Notes: generated by a model from the letters alone, not told the origin. A stretch of DNA of 63,000 nt, filler included, from an uncultured Methanosarcinales archaeon (GCA_964630685.1; 4 parts of 4 records of this genome joined end to end with filler, not necessarily neighbours in it); one strand, 5' to 3'. Shown: positions 38,072 to 47,396, numbered from the whole stretch's first letter. Made by a program: numbers and translations.

Positions 38072-41002
38072 ATGAGCTTAGAATATATTTTATCTGATAT
38101 TAAAATAAAGAAAAAAACACTCAATCTTAGCTTTAGGGATATTGAAAATGGAGAGAATTATCCTGATGTTTATTTTAGATGGAATCATGCTTTTGCTGTT
38201 TGGCCAAGAATAAGACCTAACAAAAGAGATGATGGAAGGATTATTGATAATTATCTCGATAGAGTTGAAGACCATTTTAAGAAACATGAAGTGTTTAAGG
38301 AATATGAGCTAAAAAGGTTTAACAGAGCATTCCCTCTTTTGCAAGTGATTGTTCCAATTTCTAAAAAAGAAAGATTAATCGATGAATTAGGAATTGTGGG
38401 ATTTAATAAAGAAGAAAGAGATGTTATCAAAGGAGTTGAGCTCCCTTCTCATTATCTTGATTATGTTAGATGGAGTTTTGGAGAGTTAGGAGATATTGTT
38501 GGGGTTGATGAAAGAGTTGTTTCTGCACTTAAAGAGAAAAAGAATATTGAATCAAAAATAAATGAATTGAATGTTGGAATCTCTGGATTATTTAGTGATA
38601 AAAATGCTGGACAGGTTACAAGACATAAAAACAAGTTACATGAACTTTTTGAGAGTTATGATGGCTCTAATTATGATGGCGTGAAAAAAGAGTTAAGTGG
38701 AAATATTTTTACTAATAGGTTGGGTGCTTTTTGGGGTGTTAGGAAAGAGATTTCTGATGCTGTTTTTGAACTTGACGAGAAGTTGAAGGAAGTGGGAGAG
38801 GACTGTAAGATAAGATTTTATGACAGAAATGAAAGACTGAAAAATAATTCTAAAAATTATGGGTTGGACATGTATTTTGATTCTAGTGAATTGGTAAAAT
38901 TTAATCGGAAAATGGGTGCTGATGATTGGCGTAATCAGAAATGGTTGTTTTTAGATATAGAGAAACCAAGATTTGATTCTCCAGAAGAGGAAGTTTCTTG
39001 GGTGAGTTTTGTTTATTATGATAATGGAGGGTTAGTAAAAGAGACACACACTCTTCGAGGTGTTGGAGTTGAAGAAGTCGATGGATATAAAATATTTGAA
39101 TATGATTCTGTTGATGAATTAGTGTTGGGGCTTAATAGATCTGTTAATAGGGAAAATCCTTTTGTGGTTTCTACATACAAGGCTTCTTTTGATTTGCCAG
39201 AACTCAGAGAAGCGTCTTCTCAGAATTTTAGTGTTGGAGTTGGAGATGAACATCCTAGGTATGTTGTTTCTGTTCCATTTTTTGAGAGAATGGGTCTTCG
39301 TGGGAGGGTTGTTTTTGATATGTTTAGTTTAGCAAGATTGATGAATCAAAATCTTCCTAACCGTAAGTTAGAGTTGGTTTCTAAACATGTTTTAGGAGAT
39401 TCTGCTTTTGGGAAATCAATAAATTATGAACAACAAAGGCAGTTAGAGGAAATTGCTATTGATGGGATTGTTAATGGTCGAAGAGGGGATGTTTTAGCGA
39501 TGATTGAAGAACATGCTGGAAAAAAGATTTCTGAAATGAATGGTGATGAATTGAAAACAAATGCTGCGCAAAAGATTGCTGAATATGTTGGTGGAGATAC
39601 AGATATTTTACCTAAGCTTTTGTTTGAGAGTGATTGGGGTAAAAATGGATTGGAATCTCTTTGTCTTTTTTCAGATATTTTTGGAACTGGGATTGAGAGG
39701 CTGACAACTTTTAATGCTATAAATGATGTTCAGAAAAGACTTTATTTTGAGAATGTTGGCATTTTTGAAGATTTTGTTTATACTCGGTGGAAAGAAGTAA
39801 TAAAACAAGAACAAAGTGAGATACAACATTTTAAGAGCCTTAAAAATAAATTACTTGTTGGTGGAAATGATAAAGGGTTACATGAAAATGTTTACCAGGT
39901 TTATATTCCTCCTTCATTGGATTCTTTGGAGTTGTTAGGGATAAGGAAAGAAGTTAAGGAGGAGATAGAGAAGTTTCCTACAACTGCTGAGAATTTACAG
40001 AAAAAATATTTCTTTGGGAATATGCTTAGTTCTTTGATGAGAGAATTTAATATTGATTATGCTGTTTATGATAAAAAAGCAAAAGCGCTTGAGAATAGTA
40101 AACATTTGCTTTTGATAACTGATAAAGAGTTTGGTGAGGTGTATAGAAGTTTGAGATGGACAATGAATCAACATTCCGATTGGGCTCTGCGTCATCTGGA
40201 AAAATGCAGTATGCGTTTTAAAACATTTGAAAAATATGTTAATATGGATGGTAATGCAGCACTTTTTGTTGCTAGCAAAAATGTTGAGATGGGGGATTTT
40301 TTTGATGCTGTTAAGAGAAGAGCTTCTGGAAAAAAACCTGAAAAAGTTGTGGAATTCAATAAAGCTTATGGAAAATTTATGGGCAAACATGTGTGTTCTC
40401 CAGAAGACTTTTGGATTAAGGTAGAAGACCATTATAAGAAAATCAATCAATTTATTGAGGATAATGGGTTAGAAGTGATTTATAAAAGTGGAAATTATGT
40501 TTATGTTAAAGGTGATGGTGAAAGTTTGAAAAAAGATGATTCTCCTTTAATTCCTGTTGATGAGATTGGAAATGTGTATGTTGCAGATCATATCTATTAC
40601 AAAGAGCATGGATATTACAAAGGAATTTCTGTTAAGAATTCTCCTTCTGATAAGATGTCTATTTATGAGATGAAATTATTTGGCGGATTTATTGATAATA
40701 TTTTGGATGGCGATAGTTCAAAAGCTATTGAAGAGTTTAAAGTTAGATTAGAAGGATTGAATGAGAGATTGCCTGTTAAAGAGATGATTTACCATACTAA
40801 ATCAAGTGATACTTATTCTGCTTTTGTTGATGGAAAGAAAAAAAGATTTGATAGTGTTGAGGAGATTGTTAATGCAGGTGTTGATTTTGATATGTATAAA
40901 AATAAAGTGCTGATAAAAGCAGAAACTTTGATTAAACCATTGGTAGGTTTGAAAGGCGCTAGAGAGATATTGTATCAAGCTGAGCAATTGAGTTTGTTTT
41001 AG
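38072..41002 (+). CDS. Divergent family B DNA polymerase-like protein: 3'-5' exonuclease motifs retained, polymerase motifs lost
   Basis: ExoI LFLDIE, ExoII YKASFDLPEL, ExoIII EYVGGD; VIYKSGNYVYV where VIYGDTDSxFV is expected; ends EQLSLF. Confidence 0.7.
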   Translation: MSLEYILSDIKIKKKTLNLSFRDIENGENYPDVYFRWNHAFAVWPRIRPNKRDDGRIIDNYLDRVEDHFKKHEVFKEYELKRFNRAFPLLQVIVPISKKERLIDELGIVGFNKEERDVIKGVELPSHYLDYVRWSFGELGDIVGVDERVVSALKEKKNIESKINELNVGISGLFSDKNAGQVTRHKNKLHELFESYDGSNYDGVKKELSGNIFTNRLGAFWGVRKEISDAVFELDEKLKEVGEDCKIRFYDRNERLKNNSKNYGLDMYFDSSELVKFNRKMGADDWRNQKWLFLDIEKPRFDSPEEEVSWVSFVYYDNGGLVKETHTLRGVGVEEVDGYKIFEYDSVDELVLGLNRSVNRENPFVVSTYKASFDLPELREASSQNFSVGVGDEHPRYVVSVPFFERMGLRGRVVFDMFSLARLMNQNLPNRKLELVSKHVLGDSAFGKSINYEQQRQLEEIAIDGIVNGRRGDVLAMIEEHAGKKISEMNGDELKTNAAQKIAEYVGGDTDILPKLLFESDWGKNGLESLCLFSDIFGTGIERLTTFNAINDVQKRLYFENVGIFEDFVYTRWKEVIKQEQSEIQHFKSLKNKLLVGGNDKGLHENVYQVYIPPSLDSLELLGIRKEVKEEIEKFPTTAENLQKKYFFGNMLSSLMREFNIDYAVYDKKAKALENSKHLLLITDKEFGEVYRSLRWTMNQHSDWALRHLEKCSMRFKTFEKYVNMDGNAALFVASKNVEMGDFFDAVKRRASGKKPEKVVEFNKAYGKFMGKHVCSPEDFWIKVEDHYKKINQFIEDNGLEVIYKSGNYVYVKGDGESLKKDDSPLIPVDEIGNVYVADHIYYKEHGYYKGISVKNSPSDKMSIYEMKLFGGFIDNILDGDSSKAIEEFKVRLEGLNERLPVKEMIYHTKSSDTYSAFVDGKKKRFDSVEEIVNAGVDFDMYKNKVLIKAETLIKPLVGLKGAREILYQAEQLSLF

Positions 41003-41364
41003 AATAAAGTTAATTGTTCGCCAGGTTTTATTTCTTTATCTTTTTGAGATTCTTCTTCAACCTTTTCTTCAAGAGATCCTAAAGTAGATTCATATTTTTT
41101 TACTCTTTTTGTTGCCGCATGATATTCTTTTTTGAAAGCATTACCGATTCTTTCAACACTGCAGTCTTTTATAGGTATTTTTGAACCTTGGCCAATATAA
41201 AGATTTCTATATTTTGTTTCTAAAGCATTTACTTTTGTTTCTACAACAGAATAATTATCATTGAATATATCATCAATTCCTCTACCGGTTCTTTCTAGGG
41301 GTTGAGCTATTCTTAAGAATTCAAGATCTTTTTGATATTTGTGCTCATTATATTCTCTTGCCAT
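40999..41364 (-). CDS. Hypothetical protein ending in EQLTLF
   Basis: 121-aa ORF, stop overlaps that of the PolB-like gene. Confidence 0.7.
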   Translation of the reverse strand: MAREYNEHKYQKDLEFLRIAQPLERTGRGIDDIFNDNYSVVETKVNALETKYRNLYIGQGSKIPIKDCSVERIGNAFKKEYHAATKRVKKYESTLGSLEEKVEEESQKDKEIKPGEQLTLF

Positions 41365-41399
41365 AGTTAATAAATGTTATTAGTAGTATATAAATTTTT

Positions 41400-41873
41400 C
41401 TATTTTTTGTTACTTTTAGGTAACAACGTATTTAGTCTTTTTTTGAAAAGGATCCAAAAGGGTTCAAAGTAGATTATTAAGAAAAATAATCCCATAAACC
41501 AAGCAACAACGTCGTAAGTTATTCTGTGCCAATAATCGCACACTAATGTTGGGCTTGAACAGGTTAGGAGTAATCCTACTTCATCTATTATGAGTCCTAG
41601 TCCTACACCTGTCAATCCTGCTGCTATTCTGTGTATGCTTTTTTTATCACTCACTAAAGCTAACCAGTTTGAGATAAATAATAGTGCGATTCCGTAATAG
41701 AAGTGATGAATGTGGTAATGTTTTACAAATAAATGTAGTTCTGGGAAAATCATTACTACTACTCTTGATAAAGTGAAAGAGAGTAAGAAAAATATACTAA
41801 TTATGAAAGGGGTTACTTTATTTCTTTTTATTATGTCTTCGTGTAATAAAGATTTAAGATCCCTTAACTTCAT
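41400..41873 (-). CDS. Membrane protein (HIHH motif family)
   Basis: YHIHHFYYG, GVGLGLIIDE, four TMs. Confidence 0.75.
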   Translation of the reverse strand: MKLRDLKSLLHEDIIKRNKVTPFIISIFFLLSFTLSRVVVMIFPELHLFVKHYHIHHFYYGIALLFISNWLALVSDKKSIHRIAAGLTGVGLGLIIDEVGLLLTCSSPTLVCDYWHRITYDVVAWFMGLFFLIIYFEPFWILFKKRLNTLLPKSNKK

Positions 41874-42244
41874 TCTACTAACACACCATTAATTGTTCCT
41901 TCTTGTCCTGGTCTGTTGGTTATTTTTGCAGGACCTTTATCTGTCTCAATTATGGTTCCTTTTGTAAGAATGTTTCGTCTAACAAAGTGTCTGTTAGCTG
42001 GACTCTTTTTTACTGTTAGAATTTTAGCTTTAATTTGTTTGTTTTTGCTTAATAGGTTGATTGTGTCTGCGTGTAAAAGTGAGGTTTTTTGATTTCCACC
42101 CCTAGTTCTTTTTGTTTTTGATTGGGTTTTTCCAACTTTAGTGTGGGTTGGAGCTCTTCCTATCTCATATTTTCTTTTTTTCCGGTAAGATATTAATCTT
42201 CCACCAGATACTTTTCTTTTTGGTCTTGTTTGTGTTATTGCCAT
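41870..42244 (-). CDS. rps8e: 30S ribosomal protein S8e
   Basis: RKVSGG, RTRGGN, RRNILTKG, NRPGQEGTINGVL. Confidence 0.97.
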   Translation of the reverse strand: MAITQTRPKRKVSGGRLISYRKKRKYEIGRAPTHTKVGKTQSKTKRTRGGNQKTSLLHADTINLLSKNKQIKAKILTVKKSPANRHFVRRNILTKGTIIETDKGPAKITNRPGQEGTINGVLVE

Positions 42245-42464
42245 TTAATTGTTGGAGTTTTGGTTGATTTAAAAAGATTTCGGTAAAACAAATGTTTTAT
42301 CGAAATCTTTATGGTTTTTCGTTAACATTTAAAACTAAAAATTTTCTATATTGTTAGTATCTAAAACAAAGTAATTTCTTGTTTAGCTAGTGTTTTTAAT
42401 AGTAAGCTTTATATATTGATTGTTTCTATCTCATTTTATTCATTTTAAATGGGGGGTTTTTAAT

Positions 42465-42692
42465 ATGGAAATGACAAGACCATTGGATACATTGAATCAA
42501 GCAAGAAACAAAAGAGTTATTGCTGAATTGAAAAACGGAAAACAGTTTGTAGGAGTTTTGAAAGCATTTGATATTCATATCAATACAGTGTTGGATGACG
42601 CTGAAGAGATGGTGAATGGAGAATCAAAAAGAAAACTTGGAACTGTATTTTTGAGAGGAGATACTATTATCTTAATAACATTAGCTGATTAA
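42465..42692 (+). CDS. Sm-like (Lsm/SmAP) protein
   Basis: RPLDTL...GVLKAFDIHINTVL...VFLRGDTI; adjacent to rpl37e as is usual in archaea. Confidence 0.93.
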   Translation: MEMTRPLDTLNQARNKRVIAELKNGKQFVGVLKAFDIHINTVLDDAEEMVNGESKRKLGTVFLRGDTIILITLAD

Positions 42693-42693
42693 A

Positions 42694-42858
42694 ATGACAA
42701 AAGGAACACCTTCTATGGGGAAAAAGTCTGGAAAGAAGAATATGATAGTTTGTAGAAGGTGTGGTGAAAGAACATATAATTTACGTAAAAAAAGATGTAG
42801 TAAGTGTGGCTATGGCAGAAGTGCTAAATTAAGAAGCTATAGCTGGCAAAAGAAGTGA
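42694..42858 (+). CDS. rpl37e: 50S ribosomal protein L37e (54 aa, absent from the ORF track)
   Basis: MTKGTPSMGKK...CRRCG...CSKCGYG...RSYSW. Confidence 0.95.
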   Translation: MTKGTPSMGKKSGKKNMIVCRRCGERTYNLRKKRCSKCGYGRSAKLRSYSWQKK

Positions 42859-43002
42859 TTCTATAGAAAGATTTTTATATAGTCTTAATTGTTTTCTTAA
42901 ATAGTATTTATGTAGTGGAAGAAGATTTTTTAGTTGTCTTTAAGCTATCATGTGGGGCAATCAGACTTTTGTCTTCAAGCCACTGCGTTCACTGACGTTC
43001 AT

Positions 43003-43089
43003 GCGGGGATGCCGGAGTGGTCAAACGGGACAGGCTTAGGACCTGTTAGCTTAGTGCTTACGGGGGTTCGAATCCTCCTCCCCGCACCA
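43003..43089 (+). tRNA. tRNA-Leu(TAG) with encoded CCA
   Basis: GCGGGGA/TCCCCGC acceptor stem, ACAGG-CTTAGGA-CCTGT anticodon arm, variable arm, GTTCGAATC T-loop. Confidence 0.96.
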
Positions 43090-43113
43090 TTTTTTTAATA
43101 TAAAAGAGGTAAT

Positions 43114-43755
43114 ATGAAAGCTGTTATATTTGATCTTGATGGTACAATCGTTAATTCTGAACCTTTACATTTTAAGACTTTTAATCGATTGTTTGCTCAG
43201 TTTAGTGTGAAGATTAAAAAGAAAGATTGGCATCTTTATACTGGGACTGGCTCTCGAAATATTCTTTCTAAAGTGTTTAAAGCTAATGGGATTAAGGAAG
43301 ATGTTGAGAAGTTTGTTGGGGTTCGTAATAGGTATTTTCATGAAGAATTGAAAAAAGGAAACTTGAAATTGATTAAAGGGTTTGGACGATTTTTTAAGAT
43401 GCTGAAAAAGAGAAGGATTGAGAGCATTATTGCTTCTAGCGGACAATATACTAATGTTAAGGTGGAGCTGAAAGCTGTTGGGTTTGAGGGTGAGAGGTTT
43501 ATTTGTTCTAAAGAGATTAAGAGATTAAAACCCAATCCTGAAATATTTTTAGTTGCAGCTGAAAAAATTGGGAGGAAGCCGTCCGAGTGTGTTGTTTTTG
43601 AAGACGCTAAAGCTGGTGTAGAAGCAGCTAAAAAGGCTGGAATGTATTGTGTTGCGATTGGCACTGATAAGAAAGAGCTTGCGAGAGCTGATTTAATTGT
43701 TAAGGATTTTTCTGAATTAAAGGTTGCTTGGATTGAAGAAGTATTGAGGGTTTAG
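43114..43755 (+). CDS. HAD-family phosphatase (beta-PGM-like)
   Basis: IFDLDGTIVNSE, KPNPEIF, VFEDA. Confidence 0.92.
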   Translation: MKAVIFDLDGTIVNSEPLHFKTFNRLFAQFSVKIKKKDWHLYTGTGSRNILSKVFKANGIKEDVEKFVGVRNRYFHEELKKGNLKLIKGFGRFFKMLKKRRIESIIASSGQYTNVKVELKAVGFEGERFICSKEIKRLKPNPEIFLVAAEKIGRKPSECVVFEDAKAGVEAAKKAGMYCVAIGTDKKELARADLIVKDFSELKVAWIEEVLRV

Positions 43756-43804
43756 CGTACATATTTCAGAAAGATTTATATATATTGTCACTTATATACT
43801 TGCT

Positions 43805-44023
43805 ATGGTAACAACTATACAAATAAGTCAAAAATTGCTTGCTATATTGAAACAGAAGAAACTCTATAATAAAGAATCTTATGAAGAAGTTATTTGGGAT
43901 GCATTAGAAGATTCTATGGAGTTATCTAACGAAACTAAAAAAAGAATTAAATTGGCTGAAAAAGATATTGAAGAAGGAAGAATTTATTCTCTTGATGAAG
44001 TTAAGAAGGAGTTAGGAATATAA
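43805..44023 (+). CDS. Antitoxin (RelB-like)
   Basis: TTIQIS...ESYEEVI...IEEGRIYSLDEVKKELG. Confidence 0.8.
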   Translation: MVTTIQISQKLLAILKQKKLYNKESYEEVIWDALEDSMELSNETKKRIKLAEKDIEEGRIYSLDEVKKELGI

Positions 44024-44271
44024 TGTGGGAATTATTTTTTACTAAAGAATCTAAAAAATTCTTGAAAAAACTTAATCGTAAAGATAAAATTAGGATAATT
44101 TCTGTTTTAGAGAGGTGCAGGGTAAGGCCTCATGCGTATGTTAAAAAATTAATTTCATCTCCTTATTTTAGGTTGAGGGCAGGAGATTATAGAATAATTC
44201 TTGATATAAATAAGGGAAAATTGTTAATAATTGTTATTGATATAGGCCATAGAAAAAATATTTACAAATAA
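44023..44271 (+). CDS. RelE/ParE family toxin
   Basis: FRLRAGDYRII...IGHRKNIY. Confidence 0.88.
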   Translation: MWELFFTKESKKFLKKLNRKDKIRIISVLERCRVRPHAYVKKLISSPYFRLRAGDYRIILDINKGKLLIIVIDIGHRKNIYK

Positions 44272-44281
44272 TTTTGGTGTA

Positions 44282-44499
44282 GATTTATTACAAGAGAATG
44301 CTTTTGTGGTATACAAATACCTAAAAGATTGATTCCTTTAAGATATATTAAAAAATATGAAGTTAAAAATTTATGGAAGTATAATCTCTCAAAAGGTTGG
44401 AGATTATTATATTCTATAGAGTCTGAAGAATTGATTATTGTGAGCATAATTCTTGAATGGTTGAATCATAAAGAATATGAAAAAAGATTCAAATACTAA
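44282..44499 (+). pseudogene. 5'-truncated, frameshifted RelE-like toxin remnant
   Basis: DLLQENA/FCGIQIPKRLIP...NLWKYNLSKGWRLLYSI...ILEWLNHKEYEKRFKY*; needs a 1-nt shift near 44300 and has no plausible start. Confidence 0.6.
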
Positions 44500-44711
44500 T
44501 GTACATAATCAAACTCTTCAATAGTTCTTTTGGGAAGACTTCCTTTTTTTGTTGTTGTTTCTTCTCCTTGGAAAGAAGGAGTTCTTCTCGTCAATAATCT
44601 TCTTACTGCATCCCTGATTAGGTCTGATTTAGTGGTGTAATGACTTTTCTTTAGAGCTTTGTTTATGTCTTGGATCATTGAGTCTGGAAGTCTTACTTGG
44701 ACGATTTTCAT
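44496..44711 (-). CDS. Ribbon-helix-helix (CopG-like) regulator
   Basis: MKIVQVRLPDSMIQDI...KSDLIRDAVRRLL. Confidence 0.8.
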   Translation of the reverse strand: MKIVQVRLPDSMIQDINKALKKSHYTTKSDLIRDAVRRLLTRRTPSFQGEETTTKKGSLPKRTIEEFDYVH

Positions 44712-44865
44712 AGTTTTTGTTGTTGTGGTATTACAAGTGTAATGCAATTGTAGTACTTAAATCTTTCGGAAAAGCGTAAGCTTTTAAGAAAGGCTTTAAG
44801 ACAAAGTCTTATTGTTTTTCGAAAAAACTTGAATGGTTTTTTGAGGAACGCTTTAAGATGAAAAT

Positions 44866-44947
44866 TTTTCTTTGCCTATAGTATATATGAGTGGTTTTAT
44901 GTGAATTTTATAGATCTATTGGTTTTTTCTGTGATTTGTGTTATTTT
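44866..44947 (+). repeat. Degenerate copy of the ~85-bp direct repeat
   Basis: CCTATAGTATATAT...TTTTCTGTGATTTGTGTTATTTT. Confidence 0.7.
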
Positions 44948-45132
44948 GGGGGTTTTTTGATTTTATTAACTGCTTTAAAATTTGTTTTTTGTTAACAAAT
45001 AATTATTAAAGGTATTTTGTTGTTAATTAAAAACAAAATTTATGTTAATGTTTTTTGTTAACAATTAAGGTTTATTTAGCTTTATTTGTTAAATGAAAAC
45101 ATTTAAATAGTTAAAGATATTGATTTAGTTGG

Positions 45133-45486
45133 ATGAATGAATTAGAAAAAACTTTTATGGAGGAATATGAGGGCGCACAAGAACAGTTGATGAAAGAGAG
45201 ATATAAAAATGCAACGATTCTTTTTTCAAAAGCTCTTTTTGCTTTGTGTGATGTATTAATAGATCTAAAATTAAAAAGATTACCTAAAAATCATGGAGAA
45301 AGATTTAGAATTTTAGAGGAATATTTTCCTAAAGTTTATTTTATTGTAGATAATTTATTTTCAGATTATACTGATGCTTATTATAAATCAATAGCAGAAG
45401 AAGTACCTAAGAAGATAAAAAATGAGATTAAAAAAATTGCAGAGTTTGAAACACTACCAAAAGAGATTAAAGAAATTATTAGATGA
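45133..45486 (+). CDS. HEPN-like domain protein
   Basis: YKNATILFSKALFA...PKNHGERF; paired with a nucleotidyltransferase. Confidence 0.7.
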   Translation: MNELEKTFMEEYEGAQEQLMKERYKNATILFSKALFALCDVLIDLKLKRLPKNHGERFRILEEYFPKVYFIVDNLFSDYTDAYYKSIAEEVPKKIKNEIKKIAEFETLPKEIKEIIR

Positions 45487-45979
45487 TAATTTATTAGATA
45501 TAATCTTTTTTGGGTCTTTTGTTAAAGGGGGAACTCCTAAAGATATAGATCTTGCTTTAATAGTGAAAGAGAAAAAAGGTTTGGATTCTGTTAAGAAAGA
45601 TTTAAGCAAAATTATTGGTGGGGAGTTAGATATACAAATAATTGATCTTGATTCTATTTATAATCAGATATGGTTAACCCTGATTAAAGAAGGATTTAGT
45701 GTTAAGAAAAATAAATTTTTGTATGGGATGTATAACATAAAACCTTTAATTTTATTTAAATATTCGCTTAAGAAATTAAATAATGTTCAAAAGGTGCAGT
45801 TTGAGAGGGGGATTAAGAAAGTTTTGGAGAAAGAAGGCTCGTTTCTTACGAGATCTGTTGTTTTGGTTCCTCTTAAATTGAAAAATGAGTTTATAGATTT
45901 TCTGAAAACATGGAATATATATTATGAAAGCCAAGAGTATGAACTAGTTCCTTTTATGCGAAAAGAAAATTTTATTTAA
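45422..45979 (+). CDS. Minimal nucleotidyltransferase (MNT) domain protein
   Basis: IIFFGSFVKG..PKDIDLALI. Confidence 0.85.
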   Translation: MRLKKLQSLKHYQKRLKKLLDDNLLDIIFFGSFVKGGTPKDIDLALIVKEKKGLDSVKKDLSKIIGGELDIQIIDLDSIYNQIWLTLIKEGFSVKKNKFLYGMYNIKPLILFKYSLKKLNNVQKVQFERGIKKVLEKEGSFLTRSVVLVPLKLKNEFIDFLKTWNIYYESQEYELVPFMRKENFI

Positions 45980-46065
45980 TTTCTTTACATATATTATATA
46001 TAGGTGGGTTTTTTAGTTTTTTTCTGTGATTTGTGTTATTTTTAGTGTTTTAATTTTTCTTAATT
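45979..46065 (+). repeat. ~85-bp direct repeat immediately after the MNT stop
   Basis: Nearly identical to 47008..47093. Confidence 0.9.
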
Positions 46066-46150
46066 TAATTGAAAACATTTCATGATTTCTAATGTTATTT
46101 TTGGTTTTCTTTAGTTAACACTTATTAATTTTAAAATTAATTATCCTTTT

Positions 46151-47008
46151 ATGACTGATTTAATTGTTTTCAACATTAAAAATAGAATTCACACTATTAG
46201 AGGAGTTCAAGTTATCTTAGATAGTGATTTAGCTGAATTGTATGGAGTTCCAGTAAAGGCATTAAATCAAGCAGTCCAAAGAAATATCTTGCGTTTTCCA
46301 AAAGATTTTACGTTTCAAATAAATAAAGAAGAATTTAATTTTTTGCGGTCACAATCTGTGACTGCAAATTCTAATTGGAGTAAAAAACGTTTTTTACCTT
46401 ATGCATTTACAGAACAAGGGGTTGCTACATTATCAAGTATCTTGAAAAGTGATAATGCTGTTAAGATTAATATTCAAATTATGAGAACTTTTGTTGCTAT
46501 GAGGAAATTCATTTCTAAAAATGCAGAAATGTTTTTTAGATTGGATAATGTTGAAAGAAAACAGATAGAGTATGATGGTAAATTTGAAAAAGTGTTTGAT
46601 GCATTGGAAACCTATGAAAAAAAGCAAGGAATATTCTTTGATGGGCAGGTGTTTGATGCATATACATTTGTTTCTGATCTTGTTCGTAGTGCTAAAGAGT
46701 TCATAATATTAATTGATAATTATGTTGATGATTCTGTTCTTACTCTCTTAAGTAAGAAAAAAGTAGATATTGGTGTTAAAATTTATACAAAGGATGTTTC
46801 TGAACAATTGATTTTAGATGTTAAAAAATTTAATTCTCAATATAAAGGTTTAGAAATTAAAAAATTTAAAGATTCACATGATAGGTTCTTAATTATTGAT
46901 TCTCAAGTTTATCATTTCGGTGCTAGTCTTAAGGATCTTGGTAAGAAATGGTTTGCTTTTACAAAGTTAGATGTTAAATCATTGGAATTATTAAAAAGAT
47001 TGAGGTGA
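46151..47008 (+). CDS. ORF6N domain protein with C-terminal PLD-like domain
   Basis: IRGVQVILDSDLAELYGV..KALNQAVQRN..RFP...PYAFTEQG; HDRFLIID...GASLKDLG. Confidence 0.9.
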   Translation: MTDLIVFNIKNRIHTIRGVQVILDSDLAELYGVPVKALNQAVQRNILRFPKDFTFQINKEEFNFLRSQSVTANSNWSKKRFLPYAFTEQGVATLSSILKSDNAVKINIQIMRTFVAMRKFISKNAEMFFRLDNVERKQIEYDGKFEKVFDALETYEKKQGIFFDGQVFDAYTFVSDLVRSAKEFIILIDNYVDDSVLTLLSKKKVDIGVKIYTKDVSEQLILDVKKFNSQYKGLEIKKFKDSHDRFLIIDSQVYHFGASLKDLGKKWFAFTKLDVKSLELLKRLR

Positions 47009-47093
47009 TTTCTTTACCTATATTATATATAGGTGGGTTTTTGGTTTTTTTCTGTGATTTGTGTTATTTTTAGTGTTTTAATTTTTCTTAATT
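47008..47093 (+). repeat. ~85-bp direct repeat immediately after the ORF6N stop
   Basis: Contains palindrome ACCTATAT-TAT-ATATAGGT. Confidence 0.9.
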
Positions 47094-47242
47094 ATTGGGT
47101 AATAACACACTTAAACGCTTAAATTTGGGGGTTTCAGATGTTCTGAAGGTTTTGATGGGTTTTTGGAGGGTTATTTTTACGAAAGCTTTATAAAGTGAAA
47201 TTGAGTTTGCGAGTTTAAGCAAACAATATGAGCTGATATTGT

Positions 47243-47396
47243 CGGAAGGGACGCTTTCCGTGATTGTGGTTCTCTTCGGAGAACAATAAGGAGATGAGTT
47301 TATCTCCATTTTGTTTAAGGCTTGTCAAAAAAGGCAAGTTTTATAAAACGTATTCTATTGTTTGCGACAGAAGAAGGAAATCAAGGATTTTCTTCG
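47243..47396 (+). promoter_or_regulatory. Multi-hairpin leader/ncRNA candidate upstream of the S-layer gene
   Basis: GTTCTC-TTCG-GAGAAC, GGAGAT/ATCTCC, CTTGTC/GGCAAG stems; TATA-like TTTATAAA at 47187. Confidence 0.5.

Noticed and set aside
44866..47093. CRISPR array or DGR interpretation of the repeats
   Set aside because: No regular repeat-spacer periodicity, no cas or reverse transcriptase gene, no adenine-specific mismatch pattern
43003..47093. tRNA-anchored integrative element
   Set aside because: No integrase and no duplicated tRNA 3' end found in the window
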